From assembly GCA_051530055.1 (NCBI GenBank), contig CM121342.1:2886797-2950796 (forward strand): DNA of 64,000 nucleotides. Direction: 5' to 3'. The notes under the pieces were generated by a model. It did not search any database. It saw only the letters and a program-made list of their open reading frames with translations, and was not told the DNA's origin. The translations under genes and the position numbers were made by a program. This DNA comes from Neoechinorhynchus agilis (lineage: Eukaryota > Animalia > Acanthocephala). This document shows positions 10,371-22,817 of this stretch, one piece after another. Position 1 is the stretch's first letter, and every line of letters begins with the position of its first letter.

Positions 10371-11149
10371 TATCCCTTACAAAGTGTTATTTTTGTCATA
10401 GAAGAAGCACATTAAACAATGGTGTACAAGTGAAGCATTGTGATGACTTGGTCTACTGGTTCATATAAATGTTTTCTGATGACAACACGAGCATTTCTCA
10501 ACAAACTGATATTACACGAATGACTGGAATACTCAAGCAATTGTTACAATGCCCCAGGAAGTTTTTGTCAATGTTTAAATGCAAGGAGAAGGATAGTCAA
10601 TCAATAGACGACTCTTCTCAAAGGGGATTTTTTAGGAGAGTACTAAAGAAGTTCCTCTGTGGAGCATGTAGCGATAAACATCAAATAAGAAGATCGAGCG
10701 AGTAATCAAGAACAGTTTAACAGCCTAAGGTATTATGAAGAGTTAAAAGCTCCTTCTTCAGACCGCGTTTTATTTCTCACTGCCTTGGTAGCATTATTAT
10801 GAAAGGGTTTAAATAAAACTCGTTTATCCTTGAATTTCTGGTCTTATTTACTAATAGCTAATTCCAACGTTCAAGGATATTTTCCGTATGTATACGAAGT
10901 GGTTATGTCTTATGGCATTTAAGACATTATTTCGTTCGTAAAAATGCACCTTTGGAACGTATAAAAACTTATAAATGCAAATTTTAGTATTATTTTAAAG
11001 GAGCTCAAGGATAGTTCAGTATGAAGACTTTATATCATGATGATGTTGTAAGGCTTTCGATGAGCTTTAGCTCGCCCTTTAAACTTTCATAATTGTCCGC
11101 ATTGTTGGACTTAATTTTTTGTACGATTTAAAGAAACGTTCAAAATAAA

Positions 11150-12400
11150 AACCAGTTATTCAAATCCATGGAGAATACAACAATTGGCGACCAGGGTAAA
11201 GCGGATATGACAAAAGAATTGCTGCAGATGCTAAGAGAGGAACAATTACGGAATCCTGAATTGCGCGAACGAATTCTCGAACTGAAGCAGGAAAAACAAG
11301 TACCTCGAGCATCAGTGTCTCAATTCCGCCAATTCGTTTGCGACAAGGAGGCATGGTCCCGACTATGTGGGGCAACTAGAGCAACATTTCGTTGCCCATT
11401 CCATGAAGGAAAACGACAAGAAAGCTTACTTGTTCGCATGGATTGGACCCCGGACATATCAACTAATAGGAAAAATACTAAATGTAACCGACTCAATCAG
11501 CTATTCAGATACAGTATCTGCTCTGATCGATCACCATAAAAAACCGATTCACGTGGTGGCTGCTAAGTACGCTTTCGCGCATGCCAGAAGCTCGTTGGAT
11601 CGCGAATAATTGTCAATTTCTTCCAAAAGAGACATTAACCGAGAACGAGCCAATTGCGGGATCTTCTCATCCTGAGTACTCCATCCGAATAGATTTGGAC
11701 GCAGATCCTACGCTCTGAAAGTAGCAACCATCCACGAGACGGCCAAGCGAACAAAAACCATACTAACGAGAGAAGTACCAGAGGAATCTTGCTCTACAGA
11801 ATCGATTGAGTGGTACCAAGGAGACGTGTTCGGAATGCTCGAAGAAAAATATACATTAAATAGTGAAAGTTCTTGCGTTACGCAAAAGTGATAAATTGCA
11901 TTTCGAATTGAATGGGGAGTGAAGGCCACTTTCACGGCTAATAAATTTTATTGGGCACACAGCCTACGAATATGGTACTTAAACGCACTTGGCATCTCCA
12001 TACGCCTTTACGGTAAAATAGCGAAAGCTCGAAAATAAAGATTTTTCTTTATCATTGCAACAAACAAAATTTGATCAATTATGCGGCTAGAATATCAATT
12101 AGTCTTTCACGAGATTTTGAGGATGCGGTTGTCAGAAACTACATGGCGATGCTGGACAACAAATCAAGTGCGCATCTTAGAAGAACTCGTCTGCATCAAA
12201 TGAATCGTGAATAAATTGAGTGGACTTCGTCTCCAGCGACTAAAATGTCATTTAAGAGAAACGTAGAACAAAATTCATTCATTGAGGGATAGTTTAGATC
12301 GATCATGACAGTTTCTGAGAACCGGTCTTGCTGACTGGGAACAAGATCAAGTACTTAATTGTGCGAAGATTGTGAGCGAAACTGCGAAGCGGATTGCGAA
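11150..12400 (+). mobile_element. Ty3/gypsy remnant (LTR end, PBS, frameshifted gag, decayed pol)
   Basis: ...gagaatacaaca followed by tggcgacc (PBS-like). Gag-like QLEQHFVAH...YLFAWIGP. The right boundary is uncertain. Confidence 0.7.
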
Positions 12401-12799
12401 AGATCGTATGAAAGGCAAACACAGTAAGTTCAACGGCCTAACAATTGAAACCTGTGATTGGAGGAATGTAACAAACCTCGATGATAAAGAGACAGGACGA
12501 ATGCGTGTTACTCTCACAAGGACCATCTCCTTCGAAAAAACTGAGTGGATGTTTCACGATTAGGACTCAGTTACTCGTGAGATCATTGATGGAGAACAAG
12601 GGAAAAATGCCACGATTCAGAGTAGCAATGAGGGCGAGATAACAAAATGATTATGGGAAAGTAGGCCGCAGTTCGATTTCGAGAGGCGAGTGATTGCAAA
12701 TCCTGGAGCTGATGACTACACCGAGAGACGTTTGCTCCAAGTGCCGGAGGTATGGAAGTTCCTACGAATCGTTACAAGTTCTTGATAGTCCCGCTTTTC

Positions 12800-13045
12800 T
12801 GAGTGTTTTTTAATTAACCTATCTCGTCACCCTTATTTGATGGACAGGGTTGAACGTGACCTTCCGAAGAGCCGGAACTCATCAGTGAGCTTCCTACTCC
12901 ATTCAGCGACATTTCGTTCCCATCATCGTCCGCCTACTCCAGAGGTGCATACGAGTTATAGTTCGGAGAATGTCTCGCGTTCAACCCTGTTCATCATAAG
13001 GAAGGCGTAAGATGAAGTTTGAGAGGTGAATTAAAAAACTCAATC
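12800..13045. repeat. Degenerate inverted-repeat element enclosing a SINE-core fragment
   Basis: 12838-12859 vs 12975-12996 are 20/22 reverse-complementary, and weaker similarity extends outward. The interior 12874-12920 matches the SINE core on minus. Confidence 0.6.
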
Positions 13046-13199
13046 GTTGCACGGATCAGAAAGTTAAGTTGAATCTAATTCAAGCTGAACAAGACTCATT
13101 TCCACGGGTGAAGAGGAGATTAAGGGACAAGTCGATTCATATTTCTTTGAGTGACAAAAACGGTGACCGAAATTCGATCGATATTCGGATTACAGACTA

Positions 13200-15010
13200 A
13201 AACTTAGAATAAAGCCACCCTGACACCATTTCGACCTGAAGAAGTCCGACGAGATGGAGGAAATATTGTGAAAAAGAATTAATATCTTTCCTTCTCATCA
13301 TCAAAAAATTCATAAAGGTGTAGAAGCGATCATTCGGTTGGATTTATCGCCTCCTCTTGCAAAATATATGACAAAATAAAGGACGATTACGAATTGAAGC
13401 GACAGAAGTTGAACAACATCTTTTGAGAAGTGATAGCCGCACGACATTTGAAATGAGTAGCTTCATGCATGGAACGTCGTGGTCGTCCGTGATGTATCCA
13501 ATGGTCAGTCCTCTAAGACTTAAATGCAGATTAATTGGGCAGTCAATGGACCTGCTTGAAGATTATCTCGCTATCTGGTGATTAGCCCACTGCTTCAGAG
13601 AATGTTGAGAGCTTACTTAATTCTCTGAATGTGCGATACAATGACCAAAATAGTAACCAGGTTATGTCTTTTGATTTTGTCTCGCTCTATACGAACGTCG
13701 ACAACCAGGGAACGGTACGAGCACTCCAGAAGCGATTAAATCAGATCGAAGAGAACTTAAACCTATTCGGAATGCTACCGAGGGGCGTGATTCGAATCAC
13801 TCGAATGACCGACTTTATAGACAAATCCGTGGATTGTTCATGGAAAAAGTCTTGCCTCCGTCTTTGCAATGATTTCCTCGTTGGTTTGGAAAATCAGCGG
13901 ATCCTACAACATTTAACGTTTTATCTCCACTATTTTTGGATGATGTGCTGTTCACCTACAAAGAAGATTGTGAGGTCGATGACATGAAGAGGAGTTTGAA
14001 TTCTGTGGATCCCACTTGGAGGGATTAAGGTTACGCGAGACAAACCATCGGATTATCCGCCGTTTTCCAATTTGTGTTTTAAAGTTAATCAGGTCACTGA
14101 TTTCAGTTGGTATCGCAAATTGTAAAAGGATAGTCACGCATCGAGATTCCCATCATCAATTAGTAATGAAACGGTCAATTTATCGTGGAGATGCCCAGGA
14201 CAGCGCTGGTTTGCTCATCGTCGTTAAGGGAGAAACGATTGGCGATAGATAGAATGAACGCAACTTTTACGATCCCATATAACAGTGAAATGTTAACTAG
14301 TGCCGGTCCGGGTAACTATCGCCGAAGCACTTCTTATGTCCCGGATAATTACAAAGGGGAAGGTGTTTCCTCAGACAATGAGCAAAGGAGAGAGTTCTGG
14401 GCATCAGTTCGGTAAAGCCCATAAACTGCCAAAGAGGCGGGACGAACTTTCCACACTTCGATGTCGCTAATTTAACGCACACTTCACAACTCGTTTTGCT
14501 TTTGTAGATTCCTGCAGAAGACGGCGAAAGCTCGAAAATAAAGACTTCCTTTTGTCATTACATCAGCCCTCTCCCAAGTATCAATTTGAAAGCAAAACTT
14601 GAACAATTACATTACCTAGAAAGGTTTCACCGTTTATGAATTTCAAAATATACGAAGCATATGTTTTTTTTCTGATCTTGCTATTTTTTGTAAATATCAC
14701 ACCAAATTATATAACATTGATTTACTGATTAAATGGATCGGGATTAAAGCATTGCTCGTAATTAAGGTCTCAAATAATCCTCGTGATGACATTCTTAGTT
14801 TTGTGTAAGATGTCCCGGATGGTTACAAAGGGGAAGTTGTTTCCTCAAACAATGAGCAAGAGAGAGTTCTGGACATCACTTCGGCAAAGCCCAAAAACTG
14901 CTCAACAGACGAAGCGAACTTTCGACTTCGATGTCGCTTCCTGAAAAAGACGGCGAAAGCTCGAAAATAAAGATTTTTTACGATAACAGTAGCCCTCTCC
15001 CAAGTGTCAA
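13200..15010 (+). mobile_element. Penelope-like element remnant with tandem pseudo-LTR-like repeats
   Basis: RT motif SFDFVSLYTNV. Duplicated blocks at ~14330-14590 and ~14805-15010, each containing a degenerate hammerhead tail near its 3' end (ACGGC-GAAA-GCT-C). Confidence 0.7.
13229..13273 (+). ncRNA. Degenerate minimal hammerhead motif (PLE type)
   Basis: tttcgac-CTGAAGA-A-GTCC-8 nt-GGAG-GAAA-TAT-T-gtgaaa. It has one stem II mismatch and a 1-nt loss in stem I. Confidence 0.6.
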
Positions 15011-15098
15011 TTAAAAAATAAAGCTTGATCTGACAATCATTTTATTTCGAATAACACAATAGAACGTTTAAATCTCATCTACAGTTTCCTCAGGACTT

Positions 15099-18000
15099 TT
15101 AATGGGATTTAAACTTCGTCCAGCGTTGGTAGCATCCTGCTTGCTCCCGTCTTTTTCCGTACTTAACTGTCCTGATTTTTGAATATGTCATCACTTTAAT
15201 TTGATTAAGCGCAATACTTACCATTGGCCTGTAAATTCGACTTGAATTCATTACGTTTCCCATTGGCATCACCGACACCAACTGCATCCAAATCAATATA
15301 TTCATCAATCTCTACGAAATTATGCCGTAGAGTAATTAAAAGGAAAGCTCACTTACTTTGACTTCTGTTCATATCCATTTGAAGCTCGAGACCTTTTTTA
15401 TTCGCCCTCCTTTGTGACTTCGGCTTGCGTTGTCGAGGTGGCCGCTGATTGTGATCACTTTGCGCATCGACGATTTCTGCGTCCTTCGGATTTGTCTGTT
15501 GAATTTCGGATTGTTTTTGGAGGTCGCCCTTGAGCGACTCATTCGATTGCTTTAAACGGCTCCGCATATCGGCTTCAATTTCCATCTTTACTTTGGCTTC
15601 ATCCATCATAGTATCTGTAATTGTCCTTAAGTGGAATCAAACAATAGAATCCGCACTCACCTCCGAGTTTTGTTTTACTACTTGATGTTTGCTTTTCATT
15701 CACAGAAGCCTCCTTTTTTAATATGTTTAACTTTTCTGATAGTCTTGATATGTTTGTCTTATCTTAATTTTTAAGAAAATTTATCTTGTATACAAAAATT
15801 ACAGATTTTACCTCTAACATTGTCTACATTTTCTAACATTTCATCCTGAGGCTCAGCCGTCACTTTTGTTGAATTTTTAATGCTTCTGGAACTATCAAGA
15901 AATTCGGCTTGACCATTGTTTTCATCATTGAATTCGGGGGCATCTAAAATCTCGCAAAGGTTAACGGAAGGTCAGAAGGGAGTACAATAGTACTTTCACC
16001 GGACGATTCGTTTTCAATAGATTCTTTGTTTTTATCATTTCGAACAACATTTACTTCTTTGGCATCAGAAACTTCTTTTGCAGTACCTGCAACAAGGACT
16101 TAGAATTATGGCGAGAAACGTACAACAAACCATTTATGTTAATTTCCCGATTTGAAATTTCTCCGTCATTATTAGAGGTCGCCTTTAGTTTTTGCGACTT
16201 TCCTGAACCTTCAGGACTGTGCTCATGTTCGATCTCTACCTCCTCTAGATCGCCGAATAAAATATTTGAATTGATGGGAAAGACCAACCTCGACCATCTA
16301 AAGGTTTCTCAGAACTTTCTTTGTCCTTCCTATCTGCATTCGATAATAGTGCTTTTGATTTGAGTGCACGACTATCTGTAGTGAAATTAATCCACGAAAA
16401 CGTAGCGAGGAGAGCTAACCCTTTATGATTTCATCCTTTATAGAACTTTCTTTACCATTTTCATCATTCAATTTCTCAGATCTCCGTGGACTAATTGAAT
16501 GAACTCCTTGACTTTCAGCCTTACTCTCATTTTCACTCGAGGAAATATCTGCAGTCAAGTAGTTGCTCAGAATTGCAATTAAAGGCAAATAAACCTCTGT
16601 GATTTACATCCTCTTCAGCATTTCCTTTACTCTCCGTGTTACTTTGCCCATTGAACTTGTCAGATTCTAGTGAATGCCCAATGCTGTCTACCTTGTTCTC
16701 TCTACTCCCTTCCTGCCCGTTATAAGAAATTCCTGCAACATTTTTGGGTTTGAATATTCTTATAAAGGAAAACGGACCAACTCGTCTTTCATGCGAACCA
16801 AGCTTAACATTATCCTGTTTGCCCGATTTTTCAGACTTTCTGGAATGTTTTGAACGCTTTAATTTCTGATCAGTTGCCTTTTTATTTTCATCGGACATTG
16901 CTACTTGATCTGTGTCACTTTCTGTATCACTTCTGTTTTCGCCATCCATTAGACGTTCCAGCGTCTTGGCTTCATGGGATAAAATATCTAAGGTCAAGCC
17001 TTTACGCTATCTAGAAACATGGAAACGATTTTACCATCCGTGTTAGATTCCGCCGATTCAATAGGAGTTTTTGAACCATCTATCTTACTATCGACTTCTA
17101 CATAAAAATGTTCAGGTAAAGATGGAAAAATTAATGTGGATGCCGATACGCACTTCTGCCAAATTTGGTTTTTCTAACAGATATCGACCTTTCGGATGTG
17201 TTTTTCACATTCGTTTTAACTTTATCTAGTGTGCCAATTATGCAAGTGATTTACAGATAACGAATAAGCCTTTAATTTCAGCATAAACACCTTTTCTCTT
17301 TCTTGGTGACTTTCTAGACTTTTTAGTATCTTCTAATATATCGACGTGATTACTTGTACATAAAACAACTGGACTTACCCGATCGAGTCGTTTCAGATTC
17401 ATCTGACGATGTTCCTACAATCACAATTCTTTATCTATATTTGTCTGAGCAATAACTTACCTTTATCGGTGATATTTTTTGCTTTATTTGTCTCTTGATT
17501 TTTTTGGAAAGCGAATTGTAAATATTGACTCGAAATAAACCTACCTTTTTGTGATTTCTTAAACAGGTTGTTAAAACCTCTCGCGTAAACTTTTTTACCT
17601 TCTAAATTAAAAAAATTCAGCGTTTAGAGCACATTTAATTAACAGTTCTTTAAAAATAACAAGTAAGGACAAGGCAAATGAATAAAAAATGAAAATTGTT
17701 GTTTTGCCCAGGTCATTTTACACCTTTAACCTACATTCTATAACTAAAATTGTTCTAAGAAACAGGAGCAGAATACCGTACTCCTCTGTTTCTAATACCC
17801 AACCTCGCAAATCCTTTAGTTTTTCTCCATTAATCACATCTTTATCTAAACTTGAATCTTCACCTGAATCGATATCGCGTTCGAACTCTATGGAGAATGA
17901 TGGACTTTTATCCATTTTTCATTAGGCACTCACTGTCTTGCTGGTACATCAGAGGTGTAATAGAATCCACCCGTGTGCCTTTTACATTCATCGGTTTATT

Positions 18001-21000
18001 ACCATTCTTCAGATATGCGTTGATTAAAAACCTATTGGCAATTGTTTATTTTAAATATAATAAAATGAGAATGATAAACATTGATTTTATCTTTGTTTTC
18101 AAATCAACAATCTTCACCCAGTCACAATACCACAAATCTCCACTCCTCCCATTGTGCCACATCTCCATGGCGGATATATCCTTCTCCTGTCTTATATTAA
18201 TTAATTCAAAAACGTCGATATTGGTTTGAACAAAGGGCATGGGGTTTAATGAATCACTCGTAAGTTCTAGGGCATCGCTATTGGCGTTCTTGGAACCAAA
18301 GCGAATCTTTACTATCTGGTTAAATCCGGAAAAACCGGTAGTCGGTTGATCTCCGGTTTTGACATAGATGCGATAAGTCGTATTCCCTAAAGAAATTAGT
18401 TTAATAACACTCAATCTAAAACTGGAAACAGGTAACTTATTTTCGATTGAATTATTCGAAGGAAGCTTTGCCTCTAATATTGATAATAACTTTCTTTTTT
18501 CGGTCAAATAAAGCTCAAAATTTCGATTAGAATTGCGAAAATAAACATTTTTTCTGTACTAAGAATTTGCTATTGCTTTGTTTTTATTTAATTGTAATTA
18601 TACAGAGAAATATTCTACTGATTGTTCTTTTCATCAGCCGATTAAATTTCTACTTTTCGTTTCCTATTCTATTTTTATCCAACTAACCTTTGTCCACTTT
18701 TACCGGCACCATAATCCTTTGCACTCTTGTTGTTAAAACTTTGTTTACAGGGAAACTAAAATAGACAATATAATATACGATTTTATACAGCATAGGAGCT
18801 TATTTACAAATAATCTTTCTTTGCAACTAAATCATGAATTTTCAGCGACTTGCATTTCCAACAAAGAGATGGATCGCCAAGTATGGAAATCTCAATCCCT
18901 ATAATCTAACGGAAATAATGTTTATAATCCATCAATTTTACTCACTTCTTTGATAGAGGGAAATTTAAACCAGAACGAATCTTCGATTTTAGGATTAAAC
19001 CTTGCATGCAAATCACGCATGTTAATCAACTGAACTACACTGTGTGTTTTCGAAAACACAAATAAAAGAAGTTCTTCAAATTCATCCATTAGTCCAGAAT
19101 CTGTCGTCACCGAAACAATGTGAGTGTATCCAGCTGAAACTAACTCTTTTGAAAACTCGGGTGTTTACATTTTACATACCTTTAATAAATGAGGATCTTG
19201 GAACTACTATAACTCCATCTTTTGAAAAAAAATTAAGATGAGATGTATTAGATTGATGATTTCGTACCTTTGTTTAAAAAAGAACTCATTTTTAGTTTTT
19301 ATCAGCTATTTTTCTGCATTCCAGGGATTATTTTCGATCACTATAGTTACCAATCACTAAATTTCATATGTAATCCAAGTTAGCTCCACTCCACAGAATT
19401 TGAAATCATAATGTTCAGTGAATGGTTACTTAATAACGGGGCATTCACCAACGATTTAGTTGCAATAAAATTTCACTACAACGTGCTATAAGGCATTAGC
19501 AACAATATTCAGGCAGATTTTAGTCACACGAACTTGTGTTTATTAGAGAATCGGCAAAATCCCGATCTTGCTATTTGAAAGTGTCGCCAGAGAAAATGGA
19601 GCATAAAACATTGCCCAAGGAGATCTCCTTAAAATTCTAATTCTACAAAGTTATTCCTACTCCCTTTCCGTTCTCAAACTATCGCAGAAATGGATCACAG
19701 ATTTTAAACTCATTTCAGATTACAGAGAAACGATTAGTTAATTTAGATATCTGCAGAAGCCGCCTGTAATCCTTGAAATCACATTAAGCGATCCGTAGAT
19801 TATCATATGTGTGATGGAAAACCCCGTAAAAAATCTTGCATTAAAGAAAATAAAATAATAGGTGAGATTCGTCGGTAGCATTTCAACATGGTAGACTTCT
19901 TCAATGTTTTACAGTGAACAGTCCTCAAAATTAGAGATTCGATCTTTGCGAATAAAAAATTGCGCTTGTCTGATTTGGGCCGATGGAGTTGGCAAGAAGA
20001 GTTCTACGTCCAATCGAGAAGATATAATCAACGTTTTATTCAACAGTTACGCTTTTGGTGCTCTTAAGATTTTCAAGACCGAGGAATATCATTCTAGGAA
20101 AGTTCTTGATAATCCGACGTTGACTTCTAGAAATATTAACGTTCTTTAAGTAATGTTGAGTATCTTCAATCAAGACTTCATATTCGAAGAATCTATCACT
20201 GTGCACAAAAGTGTTACTTTTTGGTGCGGCCTCCTCACGTTCTAGTTTTAAGTTTTCCTAGATTATGACTAAGATGAGCAGAATCAAGTGCATGCCGTAC
20301 ACAAATTGGGGGTTTTCAAAATCTAGATTAAAAATAGGAAAAAGTCACGAAATCTCGTCTATTTCTTGAAGACCCATGAGTTTTCATCGGTTCAATGCTT
20401 TCACTTCAGTGGCTAAAAGACATAGTATGTCTAGCCAATGCTTCTTTTAAGTTTTAAATTCAAATTTAGATCGCTTTATTTTCCCAACATTATAGTTTGA
20501 GTTTTGTGTAGCTAAACAACAAACTTTCTTAAATGCGATCAAGTTTGATGCCGTGAATGCCATAGTTGCTTATTTTCGAGTCTAACGTTCACTTACGACA
20601 ATTAACTTCGCCAGCTATTTGATTTCAAGTTTGCGACCGGAATAGTGCCAAAAATCACTATGAAGTTTTTCAAATTGTGGAATGTGATATATGTTGGTGA
20701 CTAAGTGAGACAAATCGTTTCGCTGATAAGCATAACGAATGAATATCCGTGCAAGACAATCTCCATTTCGATTATGAAACGGTATCTGAAGTATTCGAAT
20801 CGCATTTAAATCTCGAAAAAGAATTTAAACAACCATTTTGTGCATAAACCAATTGCGAATTATTTAAATGTTCCATGATTCGCATTTGGAATTGATCGAA
20901 GGTTTTCTAACTTAGAAAATCTTAGTCTTATATTTGATTATAAAAAAGCAAATTTACTAAAAAAACGTTCAGTTCTTACAATTTAAAGACTATCTTGAAA

Positions 21001-21316
21001 ATCGGGGGGTGTATAGAAATGAGTAGTACTTGAGCTCTCCATGCTCGAATGAGATTCTTTTATTTGCTTCGCAACAGATTCCTTATCTTTCATCGATGAA
21101 TTATGCTTCTCTTCTGTGATCCGGTTTAGAGAATCTTTTTCGGGCACATCTCTGCATTCGTTGGGACATTGACGCTTTTCAATCGCTACAACTCGTGGAA
21201 TTTTTTTCGTTTTTGGGGACCACGATACCTCTTTGTTGAAGAAACAGACTGTCACTACTTTAGCTGAAGAAAATTCAGAACTTACCTTCGGTTACGGTTT
21301 TGTAAGTCGACGGCAT
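15099..21316 (-). CDS. Multi-exon PLAT/LH2-domain protein with long charged low-complexity regions (could be more than one gene)
   Basis: PLAT-like exon 18046-18507 (YRIYVKTGD...DVFEL...WHNG...WYCDWVKIVD). Frame-preserving GT-AG introns at 21264-21285, 16099-16130, 15626-15660, 15312-15356 and 15194-15221. Putative ATG at 21316, stop at 15099. Exons between 18.5 and 21 kb are unresolved. Confidence 0.65.
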
Positions 21317-21426
21317 TCCCTGGTTTTAACAAAAAAACAACTATATAAATAGAAGTTTCTATGGCGACCAGTTTGAACATGTTTGGATTTACACTTTCGG
21401 TGAGAATAATCCCGGTCATTACATAT

Positions 21427-21539
21427 TTTATTTATTCGAAATATTTCGCCAGGTATCCTCGCCTCTTCAGTCATTGTTTCGCAAGTGTTTTACTTCAGAA
21501 GAGGCGAGGATACCTCGCGAAATATTTCGAATAAATAAA
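21427..21539. mobile_element. Fold-back element made of two inverted hammerhead-like motifs
   Basis: 42-bp arms with one mismatch and a 29-nt spacer. Each arm reads C(T/A)GAAGA-G-stem II-GAAA-TAT-T outward. Confidence 0.75.
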
Positions 21540-21700
21540 GCGTCCCCAGATCGGGAGGAAGACGGAACCGAAACGGACCCATGAACAAATGATGATGGAG
21601 GGGCCCCCGAAATGATCAACGCGCGGACCTTGCGGAGAAGTAGCCGAATTCGACAACCATTTCCTAGGTTTCGGAACATCCAGGGTGAAGGGGAAGGAAA

Positions 21701-21842
21701 TGTTATATATTAATTTATAATTTTATATATCGATTAATGCCATACGGAATTGTTCGTATATATAGTGGTGTATGTGGCGCAGAAGCTGGCGGTTGTAACA
21801 TGATAACAAAATCAGTTATTCAAATCCATGGAGAACACAAAA
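21701..21842 (+). mobile_element. Solo LTR of the gypsy family at 11.15 kb
   Basis: Starts TGT. Its last ~30 nt (cagttattcaaatccatggagaa.aca) match the LTR end before the PBS at ~11.15-11.18 kb. Flanks are GGAAA and GGAAT. Confidence 0.6.
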
Positions 21843-22366
21843 GGAATTTGTGGTTATCGTTTGCAGGAGACCTTCAGGGACTCCCATGTTGATAGCTAAG
21901 GTGTTCGATGCTGTACTCCCTATTTCTATAAATTGTAATCTATTGTTTAGAAAGGATTTCAACTATTTGATCTGCCAGGCGGCAAGACCATGTATCAAGG
22001 CGAAGATTATGATCGACGGAATCAGAAGTCTTATAAATACCGATTTTGATGAGTCGAGAGATAAATAAAGGGTGTGAGTCGAGATTATAAAGAAGAGAAT
22101 CGTAGATGCAAAGAAGGGCGTTCATACAAGAAAAGCCGGGCCGGGAACCGAATTGAATGGGCGAAATTTTTCGATTGAAGATTGGCAGAAGGTTTGCTTT
22201 AAAGCATCTCTCTAAGATTTTAGAGAAGAAAAGCAAGATAGAGATGGGTCGAAAACTTGAGGTGGATATAATTTAACCTGCTTTCGGGAGCAGGGTTGCC
22301 AGAGTTGTTTTAAGTCAATTAGGGAAGATTCCGGTCTTGAAACTTTGGTTGATTATATAGGTAAGT

Positions 22367-22817
22367 ATCAATGTGTGGTATTTTTCCACGGCTAATAATT
22401 TTCCTTGGGCACACAGCCCACCGATCTCCTGCATCAGAAAAACTTAGACTCTGATGCATACGGTAAAGAGCTTGCACATTCCTCTGGATCCTTTGATACC
22501 TCCCGAGGAGGCGGGACTCATTGGTGAGTTTCCTCCCTTCAACGAGGTACTTCGTCCCCTTTTTGGTTGTGCGTCACTGGCGGTAACGGATTCGAACCCG
22601 TTGACCCTTAACTGTGATCAAGGACGTCAATTAGTCCACTTGACCACCTCGACACAACTGTAGAATGTACAAACTCTGCCAGTTTTGATTTGTTAATTCA
22701 AGGCTATTGAATTTTTCTATATTTTTTTGAAGACTGACCATCCGGTAACTTTTATTAGGTATCAATGTGTGACATTTTTCCACGGCTGATAATTTTCCTT
22801 GGGCACAAAGCCCAAAA
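22367..22817 (-). mobile_element. tRNA-derived SINE insertion with 54-bp terminal direct repeats and a 12-bp TSD
   Basis: A box TGGTCAAGTGG at 22636-22646 and B box GGTTCGAATCC at 22588-22598. Direct repeats 22367-22420 and 22761-22814 are 50/54 identical. TSD ATATAGGTAAGT at 22355-22366 and 22818-22829. Confidence 0.85.

Noticed and set aside
22580-22655. Functional tRNA gene
   Set aside because: A and B boxes and a T-arm are present, but the acceptor and anticodon stems do not pair. It is a SINE head.
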